From Ginkgo biloba (lineage: Eukaryota; Plantae; Ginkgophyta), in assembly GCA_024626585.2 (NCBI GenBank), contig JANKJI020000002.1, positions 49,943,553-49,963,320 on the forward strand: 19,768 nt of DNA, read 5' to 3'. The translations under genes were made by a program, and so were the position numbers. A model generated the notes under the pieces. It was given only the letters and a program-made list of their open reading frames with translations. It searched no databases and had not been told where the DNA came from. This document shows positions 10,114-19,768 of this stretch, in pieces (within the stretch, counting starts at the first letter, position 1; each line of letters begins with the position of its first letter).

Positions 10114-13100
10114 CTTGTGGGGCTTGCATCATTTGTTCATTTGCAACTGACCAAAATGCTTCACAATGAGGGTTGTGGTTGTTAATGGCATGGGAGGTTT
10201 AGTTGTAAGAATGGAATCATCTTCTTGATCCAAGTACATTGAACAATCCTGTGAACCATGGCTACTTTTAGCTTATATCCAAGAGCATTTGTTGTGAACA
10301 ATGACTAGAAGGTGCTATTGAGCAATCTTGCCTCATCGAATGTTGAAGAAGGATTGCATTCATCATTTTTCTATTGACTACTATCTATGTTGATGTGTTT
10401 TTGGAGGAGAGAAGTAGCCATTCTAATACACTAGTTTCTATAAATTAATGAAAGATCCATTCTATGTTGTTGGTATGCTTTGTTGAAATATACCTTGGGG
10501 AAGATTGCGATATTCCTTGTGCTTTTTGCTTATTCAATACCCTCCCATTTTATGAGAAGGTTATTCAACAATGGTTGACCTTGGTTAGCCTTGTTTATTC
10601 CTACCTCACAACTTTAGTCCATATTGATGCAATGTTCAAGGCTGAAAGTAAAAAGAGCCAAAGAGCATAACAAAGAACAAGATATGTGTGGTAGAATTAG
10701 TCTAATGGCTTAAAGAATTACTTCAATTCACATAATCAATCAATGAATGGGTGCATATATATAAATACAAGTTCGAGGTAATAACTACTTGGTAATTGCA
10801 GGACACATGTTGTCCATTTAGTAACTCCCTGGGACCATTTAATAATATTTTAATTGACCCTTTTTGTTGGAATATTTAATGTTTAGTCTCCTTTATGTTT
10901 AGTCATTAATATAAATGNNNNNNNNNNNNNNNNNNNNNNNNNNNNNNNNNNNNNNNNNNNNNNNNNNNNNNNNNNNNNNNNNNNNNNNNNNNNNNNNNNN
11001 NNNNNNNNNNNNNNNNNAAAATGCTATCTAGTGGTGTTTTCAGTTTTTAGATCTGATTGTCTGGGTGTTGGAAAAGAGGATTGGCCCCTTTTTCCATGTG
11101 ACCGTGAGGGGTGCTAATTGTTTTTAAGTTTTCAGAACTCAAATTTTATGAAAAACAGTTAAATTGATTGTTAACTTTAGAAAAAAAAAAAATATTTGAA
11201 TTTTTTTTCGGATTTTTGGATTGTCATTTTTCAGACTTCGGTGCATCTGTTGCGCTTCGCTAGGAGGTTTTTTGGTTGGTTTTGCATTTTTGTTGGATTT
11301 GTGAGGTGATCCAACGTCCACCGATGGTGTCTCACATCTATAACAGGGATTCGACTCACTTCGGCTCACCTGCAACCTCTTCGGCGACTAACAGGGTCTA
11401 TGACAATTCACCCCGGCGAACTTCCAACAACTTCTATGATCCTCGTTCGATCCAACATCCCTGCAACCTGAGTCCTGGTTAGCATAGTGTCCTTTTGGTA
11501 CCCACATTCTCCACTAAGCCAACATCTTCCTGCGATGGTACTTGACAACGTTCCACAATGCTTCACGAGCCACGCGCATCGCCTGCTCCTTCACCCTCAT
11601 GGGCTCAAGCAATGAATAGTGCTCCACAACCTTCACTCCCATGGACGTTGCTCCAAATAGTGAGTTCAACAGGCCCATAGTCTATGAATTCTCCTAGAGA
11701 AATGTTGATCCACTATTATTCACAACATATACTGCTCACCCATGGACTAAGGCATTCCAAGACATCCCATACAAAACTTCAATGGCCCACTCAGGTTTCT
11801 CTACACATCGGATAACTTGCAGTCCTCCAAATAGCTTGCATCTATACAACTGTGACATCCTACATATTCTCAATCACCCTACAACTTTGGAATTTCATGT
11901 GTTATGGTGGCTCCATCTCAAGGATGTCTACTACTCTAAAAAAATTGTGTTCCATGTTTCCTCAGAAGAAATACAACATTATTTCTAAGAAGAAATAATG
12001 TTGTTGAACTTTAAAAATTGCATTCTACAACAATCATCTAGAACTATATTTCATTCCAAAATTAAATATCTAGTTTAAACTTCAACCCTTGTTGGAAGTT
12101 AACATTTTTTCATTTTACACTTATGTTAAACCACACAATTATCAATGAGATGCAACAACTAAAATATATGAGTGAAAAGGATTTTATAAAAACCATTGTG
12201 AAATCAAATGTTGCTCAGTCCATAATTCATCAAAATTTTAGCTTCCACAAACTCTACAACAATGTATAGAACATATTGTTGGCAGTTGTTCTTGACACTT
12301 AGAGTGAAAAGGGTGGATAAGGCTAGAACTACTAAAAATTAGAGTGATAGTGTCAAGATAGGGAAATAGTAAGGGGTCAATAGACCCTCTGACTTANNNN
12401 NNNNNNNNNNNNNNNNNNNNNNNNNNNNNNNNNNNNNNNNNNNNNNNNNNNNNNNNNNNNNNNNNNNNNNNNNNNNNNNNNNNNNNNNNNNNNNNNTATT
12501 TTGGGAAGCAGAGTGCTCCCTCTCTCTTTTCAGATAGCAGAGTGTTATCTCTTGTGATCGTGTACTGAGATATTCTATTGTTATTGTCATTGTTTTAGTG
12601 ACTGGCTGATTTTATTGTTACACCCGTAACCACAAACCCTGGTAACCTTGGTTATGGTCTGTCCCGTGTGTATATCTTCCGTTAGTTAGCCTTAGTATTG
12701 CTTCCCAAATTAGTTTTCTATAGGATGCCGAGTTAGGTGCATGGATGCATATGAGAGACCATTTGTCTTTGCCCCATCCAAATTGTTGTGTGTGATCAAC
12801 TTTACTTTTATTCGGCTTTCCTTTGCACCTGTTCTGCAGATACTGCCTGGGCAGGATAAATGACTGATGCAGCCTGTGGCCATATTTGTTGTGCTGTCTT
12901 TACCCCTCATCTAAATTCAATTTACACTCCTGAAGAATAAGAGGATCCCTACCCCATTGCTTCCCTGTCATATCTTCTGTTTCTTATGTATTTGTGTTTG
13001 CCCCAGACCTCTTATATTCCAGGACAGAAATCTGAACTGGGGTGTTCTCCATCAGGTACTTATTGCTTAGGCATGCCCATGCCTTTAGGACTTTTTGTCC

Positions 13101-13711
13101 TCTTGTATGTATTGTCTTGTTTGCTTCTGTCTGCACTGTTGCTGAAAGCAAATGGTGAGGCCAGCTTGATCAATATATTTACCTCTCCATTAATACCTCA
13201 GAATAGGTCATCCACAGTACATTGGATTGACAAATGTTGGATTATCAGTATTATATCTAGTATGGAGTGATACAGTGGACTTTACATTTAAGAAGAGGCA
13301 AAGGGATTGGCAACCTTAATGTCTGTATGAAGTGTACAAGGGGAATCTTGGAATTTATATTATTGTTTTCTTGCCCATACAGGTGCTGTTATATGTTTTC
13401 TCAAAGGTTCAGCTCTGCTGTTTGTCTCATTCTTTTTCTAGTGTTTTGTTTTGTTGAGTTTATGGTGGTTGTCAAGCATCTGCATTCACAAATGAAGTGT
13501 CTTGTTGTGGGAGAAAATTAGCACTGTTTGGTCATAATCATAAGCAAAGCATTGTTATTCTTCATGTATCTGAATTTGGTCACATATTTGACTCCATATG
13601 ATTTGGCCTGTGGTCGATCTCCTCTCAGGTAAATCTTCTTGAAGTAGCTTTGACGCTTTTGTTCCTTGGGTGCTTTTTTAAAGTTCCGATTGCTATTATG
13701 GATTTCTGCAG

Positions 13712-13760
13712 GATTTCTGAACCAATGAAGACTAGGATGCGGGATTTTCTTACAGGCAAG
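13712..13760 (+). CDS. Candidate internal 49-nt exon (x-ISEPMKTRMRDFLTGK), phase 2 in and phase 0 out
   Basis: Consensus acceptor ttcTGCAG|G, consensus donor AAG|GTAATT, T-rich flanks, stop-free helical translation. It needs an intervening phase 0->2 exon that is not visible and may lie in a gap. Confidence 0.6.
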
Positions 13761-14282
13761 GTAATTTTCTTATGACTCATGGTATATAAGAATTTACTTT
13801 GCTCTGAAGGATTTTATTAGTATACTNNNNNNNNNNNNNNNNNNNNNNNNNNNNNNNNNNNNNNNNNNNNNNNNNNNNNNNNNNNNNNNNNNNNNNNNNN
13901 NNNNNNNNNNNNNNNNNNNNNNNNNNNNNNNNNNNNNNNNNNNNNNNNNNNNNNNNNNNNNNNNNNNNNNNNNNNNNNNNNNNNNNNNNNNNNNNNNNNN
14001 NNNNNNNNNNNNNNNNNNNNNNNNNNNNNNNNNNNNNNNNNNNNNNNNNNNNNNNNNNNNNNNNNNNNNNNNNNNNNNNNNNNNNNNNNNNNNNNNNNNN
14101 NNNNNNNNNNNNNNNNNNNNNNNNNNNNNNNNNNNNNNNNNNNNNNNNNNNNNNNNNNNNNNNNNNNNNNNNNNNNNNNNNNNNNNNNNNNNNNNNNNNN
14201 NNNNNNNNNNNNNNNNNNNNNNNNNNNNNNNNNNNNNNNNNNNNNNNNNNNNNNNNNNNNNNNNNNNNNNNNNNNNNNNNNN

Positions 14283-14313
14283 TGAGAGAATTGTAGAGCA
14301 GTGTTTGCCACTG
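14283..14313 (+). CDS. 3' part of a candidate exon emerging from a gap (...ERIVEQCLPL), phase-0 donor
   Basis: Strong donor CTG|GTGAGT at 14314 followed by AT-rich intron-like DNA. Only 31 nt are visible, so the frame is inferred. Confidence 0.5.
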
Positions 14314-14629
14314 GTGAGTTCTTTGAAGTAAATGCCTAGTGTAACTGAGAACTTGTATAATATATTTTCAGAAATAAAGTAAATTTTTTTATTTAAATCA
14401 AGCTGTACTTATAATTTTATAGTTAAAAGAGCAACCTTACAACAAAGTGGAGATTACCAAACAGTTATAGCTTTTTATAGGCCCAAAGTACAATACTTCT
14501 TGCTTTGTACTACTTGGCTGTTTTTGTGTGCCATTGAGAGTGACATTTTAAATTTCATTATGGTTTTGTGCAATTTTTCCTACGCCAAACTTTGAGATTG
14601 AGCCAAAGTCAAGTTTTAGGCCACCTTAT

Positions 14630-14819
14630 GAGAAACCTTTTGTTGTTGAAGAGAACAAAGAACTTGATATTGATTCATAGTAGTCTTCAACTTATGACTT
14701 ACATAGACAATGTCTATAAGGATAGTTTGTCCAAGGAATGGGATATGAATCCTGAAGATGCTACTTCGGATGAGGAGGTCGTCAACGATGGCCTTTTAGA
14801 GTTGCCGGTGGATGATTAG
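14630..14819 (+). pseudogene. hAT-family transposase C-terminal (dimerisation-region) remnant
   Basis: RNLLLLKRTKNLILIHSSLQLMTYIDNVYKDSLSKEWDMNPEDATSDEE resembles the plant hAT tail pattern RNRL..KRAEDLV(F/Y)VHSNLRLL...YK....KMWD..PE followed by an acidic tail. The upstream catalytic core is absent and no TIRs were identified. Confidence 0.75.
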
Positions 14820-15313
14820 CAAAATGATTGGGATGATGGAGCCAAGCTTGAGAGTGAGCAGTATCTTTGGGAGTTGCTTGGGATGATGTTGCAGATGATC
14901 TTTAAAGTGTCCTCACTTGTGTTGATACAGAACCCGCAGATATAGAGACAGTCTAATAAATCATTTCTTGTTCATCACTTTAACATTTTGGGACTCTATT
15001 TAGTCTTTTGGCTTTGACTGTACATTGTTCATACATTTTGGCATTTGTCATTTAATGTTATGAATCATGATTTTATTACTTCAAAGTTGATATCTATCTC
15101 AAATTCTTAATGTACCTTTAAATGGTCCTTGGCATAAGCTTTGGGTGGATTATTTGTGTCTTATGTTTCAAATTTTAATGTTCCTGTGACGTGCATTGAT
15201 GATCCTTGTTCAGTGTTTACTATAAGTGTATATACCATATGCATGCACATTAGATCTAATCATCTTCATCCAATTTTCTAAATTTTAAAAAAAATTAAAA
15301 TTTAGTATCGCAT

Positions 15314-15330
15314 ACACACACACACACACA
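15314..15330. repeat. (AC)8 microsatellite
   Basis: acacacacacacacaca. Confidence 0.9.
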
Positions 15331-15410
15331 TATGTACGTACCCAGGCTCTGAGGGAGATGTAGACAGAGGACAATCTTGGGGCAAACGAAACCCTATACG
15401 GTTGTATGTA

Positions 15411-15786
15411 CATAGATTCAAAGGTCAAACATTTCAATGGCTAAGACCACACAATAGTTTGTATTTTGACATTGGATTTTTCATGTATTCTTCTTTGTAA
15501 AAATCTCTCAAGTTTAGGAGAGAATTCAAAACATTAATTTTTTATTTAAAAAAAAAAAATCTTTTGTTCATATTTTAGAAATCGTGATTTTACATAAGAA
15601 TTGATGTTATGTCTCATACGTTGCGCCCCATCCTCTCAAACCCATTCAACCTTGTTGATTACAGATTTAGAGGTTAAATATTTCAAAGGTTAAGACCACA
15701 CAACAAATAAAACATGAAAAAAAAATAGAAAATCTATTAGTCATATTTATAAATCATGATACTACAAAAGACTGATATTATGTCCC
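15411..15786. repeat. Old, diverged tandem duplication (two copies with an internal indel)
   Basis: agattcaaaggtcaaacatttcaatggctaagaccacacaa (~15414) vs agatttagaggttaaatatttcaaaggttaagaccacacaa (~15663); tcatattttagaaatcgtgattttacataagaattgatgttatgtc (~15568) vs tcatatttataaatcatgatactacaaaagactgatattatgtc (~15741). Confidence 0.75.
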
Positions 15787-17326
15787 TTGTATCGGTTGAG
15801 GGCCTCCTTGTTATTTTGCATTAACCTAATCATATGCTAATCATGGTTGAGAGTCCTAAAAACTGCTATATTACCTAATGATAATGTTTCAAAGGCTAAA
15901 CTTTAACTTATTTACTTTTGGTCTTATGAAGTAAGGCTTAAGTTAGACAAGAATCGAGCAGGCAATGAAAGTTTTCAATTTTATAACTTAGTAATCTTTT
16001 TAGCAAACCTGTCTTGAGACCACTTTTTCATAGATAGAGGTGATGGAAGAAATGTTTCTCATCTTTTAATTTTATTTGTCAATTATAAGAGTTACAAAAG
16101 AGGCCAGTGGATTCGTTGTTGCCATGTCTAGGCCAAACTTATAAACAATTGGCCTTAACAAGCAACAAGTTTGACTTGGGCACATGGCAGACATGCACAA
16201 AGGTACTATAAGGACATTTTGTAGATGTGGAGAGCAAATAGAGAAAACATGAAGCATGCATGAGGTGTCTTCTTTGAGAAGTAAGCAAGAGTCTTGTGCA
16301 AAACGCATGCAAGATTCTTATTTGAGAGAGCGAACAAAGGCTTTGTTGGGTTGAAGCAAAAAATTAAGTGTATATATGTGTACGAAGATGCTCAAGACAA
16401 CATTTTGTGATTCTATTTTTGTGTTGAGATGTGCTCTTTATTTTTCACTCTTGTAAACCAAGGCTTGAGAAGATGCGGATTTATTACACTTATAAACCAA
16501 GGTTGGATCATTTTTCAGTTATTAGATTGTATTACGAATGTAGATTGTAACAACCACATCCTTGTACCTACAACTCAACTATATGTATACCTTGCAAAGT
16601 AAACGTGTTCAATCTATAGAACAACTTTTCATGAGAGCATAGATTGACATTATCATAAATAACATGATCATGCGATACGAAGAACACTTTAAACATGCCA
16701 TACTAAGATATTTATTGATATTCATTTATAATGCATGCAATTTAAGCATTTTAAGGTACATAGGTAGTATATTCAAGATTGACAGTGCTATGAGATTGTG
16801 ACGTGGGGACTGAGCATTCGTTGTAAGCTTTGCAAACTACCTAAAGGGCTTATTACGTTGGCAATCAAGCCTCTAGTGGCATACGTGTGCACACTGTCAA
16901 TGCCTAGCAACGATTACTAAACCACTTGAATTGACCCTTTATCCAATGTTAGTAAGGATGTCAAGTCATAGGTATCATTTCAACCCCTTCTTGGCATGAG
17001 AAATACGCTAAGTAGGGTTTCACTCTTAACTCGCAGTATTCATATATATATTAATTTACAATAGCTCTTTGCAAGTATTTGTTCAACCTATTTATATTAA
17101 TTTATGGTAATAATAACTAATGACTCGCTAGTCAACTTATATCTATCTCAATTCGTATGACCAACAAAAGTGAGGGTTATCCTTGTTGAAATTCACAACT
17201 CAAAGAATGGATTTCAAAGTGATANNNNNNNNNNNNNNNNNNNNNNNNNNNNNNNNNNNNNNNNNNNNNNNNNNNNNNNNNNNNNNNNNNNNNNNNNNNN
17301 NNNNNNNNNNNNNNNNNNNNNNNNGA

Positions 17327-17561
17327 AGATTTGTACTCAACTTTTCCAAAATAGCATCCCCATTGACTAAGTTGCTAAAGAAATCTAGAAGATTTAAGTG
17401 GTCAGACAAATGTCAAGCTAGTTTTGACCTCTTGAAACAAAAACTAATAAAAGTTTGTATTTTAACCCTTCCTGACATGGATAGACCCTTTACACTTAAC
17501 ATAGATGCCAATGAGGTAGCCATTGGGGCAGTCCTCAACCAAGATGGGAAAGTCGTAGTGA
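17327..17561 (+). pseudogene. Ty3/gypsy pol fragment: RT C-terminal connection plus RNase H N-terminus
   Basis: RFVLNFSKIASPLTKLLKK..FKWSDKCQASFDLLKQKL...ILTLPDMDRPFTLNIDANEVAIGAVLNQDGKVV matches the gypsy consensus RRFI..FSKIA.PLT.LLKK...F.W...CQ.AF..LK..L..APVL.LPD..KPF.L..DAS..GIGAVL.Q.G.PVAY. Bounded by a gap on the left and abruptly truncated on the right. Confidence 0.93.
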
Positions 17562-18379
17562 TGTAGTCGACTTCTACAAACTTCCCAAAAATTGCCACTT
17601 GCTGACTTCTTCCTAGGATCCCATGGTACGTTAGCCTTGTCCCTTACACAATTTGCCTGGCTCTTTCAAGGGAGTGTGCTCAACACAACAAACAAAAACA
17701 AACACAAACACAAATGCACAAGAGGAGGAAACACAAAACCATCTCTTTACATTAAACTCATATCTCTTTTTCATTACATATGGCTCACGATGTAGAATTA
17801 GAAATACAAACATTCTTCCCCCATTGGGGCTTGACCACATATTATAAAACAAGTAATCTCCTTCATGGAGGGATTACAAAAGTTCTACCCGACTGTCTCT
17901 ATTGGCAGTTTTGCCGCTCTCCACACTCGTCTTCTTCTTTGCCTTCACCTTTGGTGCCTACTCCATGGGCCGATTCTCTTCTCCGTTGCTACCTCTATCG
18001 ACGGTTTTGCTACTTTTCAAACCCTCTTCTCAGCTTGATCTCTACACACTCTGTGGTGCCCACTGCAGTTTCCTCCACTTTCATTCCTCTGTGCTCCTCT
18101 TGTCCTTCCACAACCTCCCTCTATTAGCTCTAGACCTGTCTTCCACCTCTCGGTTCTCCTCAATGACTGTCACGACCTCCTCAACAAATTGTTGTTCCTA
18201 CCACATGGCCTCTGTTGGCCTATTCTTCTTCTCCTCCAATCCTCACTGCCATCTCTTTTCCTTTCCTTCTCACCTCTGCTGCATTGTCTACAAATGGACA
18301 CCCTTGGCCTGCTCTTCTTTTTTCCTCCAGGTTTGCTGCACTCCTGTGCTCCCAAATGGCCCCTGTGCCAAAACTCCTC
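17562..18379 (-). mobile_element. Second LTR element inserted into the gypsy RNase H (LTR terminus at 17562; right boundary uncertain)
   Basis: Pol similarity stops exactly at TGTAGTCG (minus strand ...CGACTACA, a canonical LTR end). The minus strand shows a GT-rich U5-like tract (~17680-17730), a possible PPT GGGGGAAGAA|TG at 17813-17822, and purine-rich decayed sequence at 17900-18379. Confidence 0.55.
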
Positions 18380-19768
18380 NNNNNNNNNNNNNNNNNNNNN
18401 NNNNNNNNNNNNNNNNNNNNNNNNNNNNNNNNNNNNNNNNNNNNNNNNNNNNNNNNNNNNNNNNNNNNNNNNNNNNNNNGTCTAGGTGTGTTTGTAGTAG
18501 AAGATTTCGATAATAAAATTCAGATTTACAGTATCAAGAAAAGGCAAGAGGCTATAACTACATGTCTACATATATTCATTACGTTACACGGAATAAGAAC
18601 ATTTCAATACACATGAAGAATAATAGATAATAAGCTTTTGGAACTAAGAAGATACCAAAGAAATAATTTCTCTGTCTCCCTAAGATAATGAACCTCCTTT
18701 AGCTTATTGGGTGCCAAATTGATAATGAACATTCAAGACAAAAATGCATTTACTCACCAAGGGTTTCTCAATTGGCAAGCGAGCTATCATTCTTTACCAC
18801 ATATTTTGTCAAATCTAATGAATCTATAAATCCATCCCATGCAAAGAGAGATGCAAATAGTAAGCTACTTTAAGTGCAAATGCAGGCAATATGACCAAAA
18901 GTGTCTCTTTGAAGGCTATCTTGAGCCAAAAAATCCACATGGAATGCATTATTTCCCATATGGAATTTCATGGGAATTCTTGGTGCATTCTACATGGCCT
19001 CAAATTTTAGGGTTATGTGGATGTTAAATTTTTGATCCATAAAATATAATTTTTATGAATTTTTGTTAGACTTTTATTGATGTGTTGTGGTAGTTTTAGT
19101 GTACCAGAATGGGAAGCCATCAACGCTGGGGGTTCCATCATTAACCATCTCCCACAACAATGATTAACTAAAATCCTGTGTGGAATCCTCAATGATCTCA
19201 ATCTTTGCTCTCCGGAGTGTTTGAATGCTGACATTTTAAAATCATGTTGAGTGTTTGAGGTTCATGAGTCATACCAACAAGTTTTCTTAATAGCTTTATG
19301 ACTGGATGAAGTATCCAAGAATAAGAAAAATTTCTAGGAAGGAAATAAAATCCATTCCTTTTCCTAGGTGGATAAGTTCTTCCTTATCCAACAAGGAAAG
19401 GAAAGGTGACCCAGGGAGTTGGAAAATGAGAATTTTAAAAAACATTAAGAAGGCTATAAATTTTTTGTTTGATGTCAAATTTAAGTAAAATTTTAACTAT
19501 AGTAATATGATATGAATACACGTCTCTTAAAAAATTTAGATCAAAATACATCCATTTACCCCCTCAAAAAGGTAAATTACAAAAAATTATATTTTGCATA
19601 TAACTCAGTCAAATGACATTGATTTCCGTTGAAATTTGGATTGTAGTGAGACGTAGTGACCCTTCACATTCTCACCAAAATTTACCTAAAAATACATCCA
19701 TTTAGGTATGATAAAATCTAAATTACAGTCAGGATTATGTATAAATTCTAAAAAAGTCTTCTTTTGAA

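Noticed and set aside
12351-12741. Possible solo LTR (tgtcaag...ggtgca)
   Set aside because: The flanking 5-mers do not match (gatag vs tggat), no PBS or PPT is present, and it is interrupted by a gap.
12830-13410. AG...GT bounded mini-exon candidates (12840, 13006-13055, 13383-13406)
   Set aside because: They show an early stop, an incompatible phase or weak donors. None gives a convincing phase 0->2 bridge without RNA data.
16070-17200. LTR-like sequence upstream of the gypsy pol fragment
   Set aside because: The composition is suggestive, but no termini, PBS, PPT or second copy are identifiable.
17780-18616. Overlapping + strand ORFs up to 203 aa rich in S/L/F/P
   Set aside because: A by-product of C/T-rich strand skew, which has few stop codons, and of gap read-through. 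No domain signal.
18480-19768. Repeat-like tail including aaaatacatccattta x2 (~19543, ~19689)
   Set aside because: Probably TE-derived, but there is no coding motif or terminal structure to classify it.

Overview
This window is AT-rich, gap-ridden eukaryotic DNA that looks like a draft land-plant scaffold. Long TE-filled introns and deamination-decayed retroelements suggest a large-genome lineage such as a gymnosperm (inference). No prokaryotic features, RNA genes or CRISPR arrays are supportable. The main feature, largely missed by the ORF track, is a spliced + strand gene. Exon 1 (7616-7689) and exon 2 (8638-8779) join in frame to give MKLFIEVEISPEEIPLATELFRTLRALTDHVKARDIGKLFQKLISRLEDSSQWDVVANEICTLLTECSSPEM. 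Further candidate exons lie at 13712-13760 and <14283-14313, and no 3' end is visible. Intron 1 carries a degenerate ~60-bp minisatellite containing telo-boxes. Upstream lies a head-to-tail LTR-retroelement arrangement in which one ~330-bp LTR is flanked by both a PPT and a tRNA-Met PBS, with homologous internal DNA on each side. Downstream, probably intronic, are a hAT transposase C-terminal remnant and a Ty3/gypsy RT-RNase H fragment interrupted by a second LTR element. Many 100-N gaps are probably of unknown true size, which limits structural conclusions.
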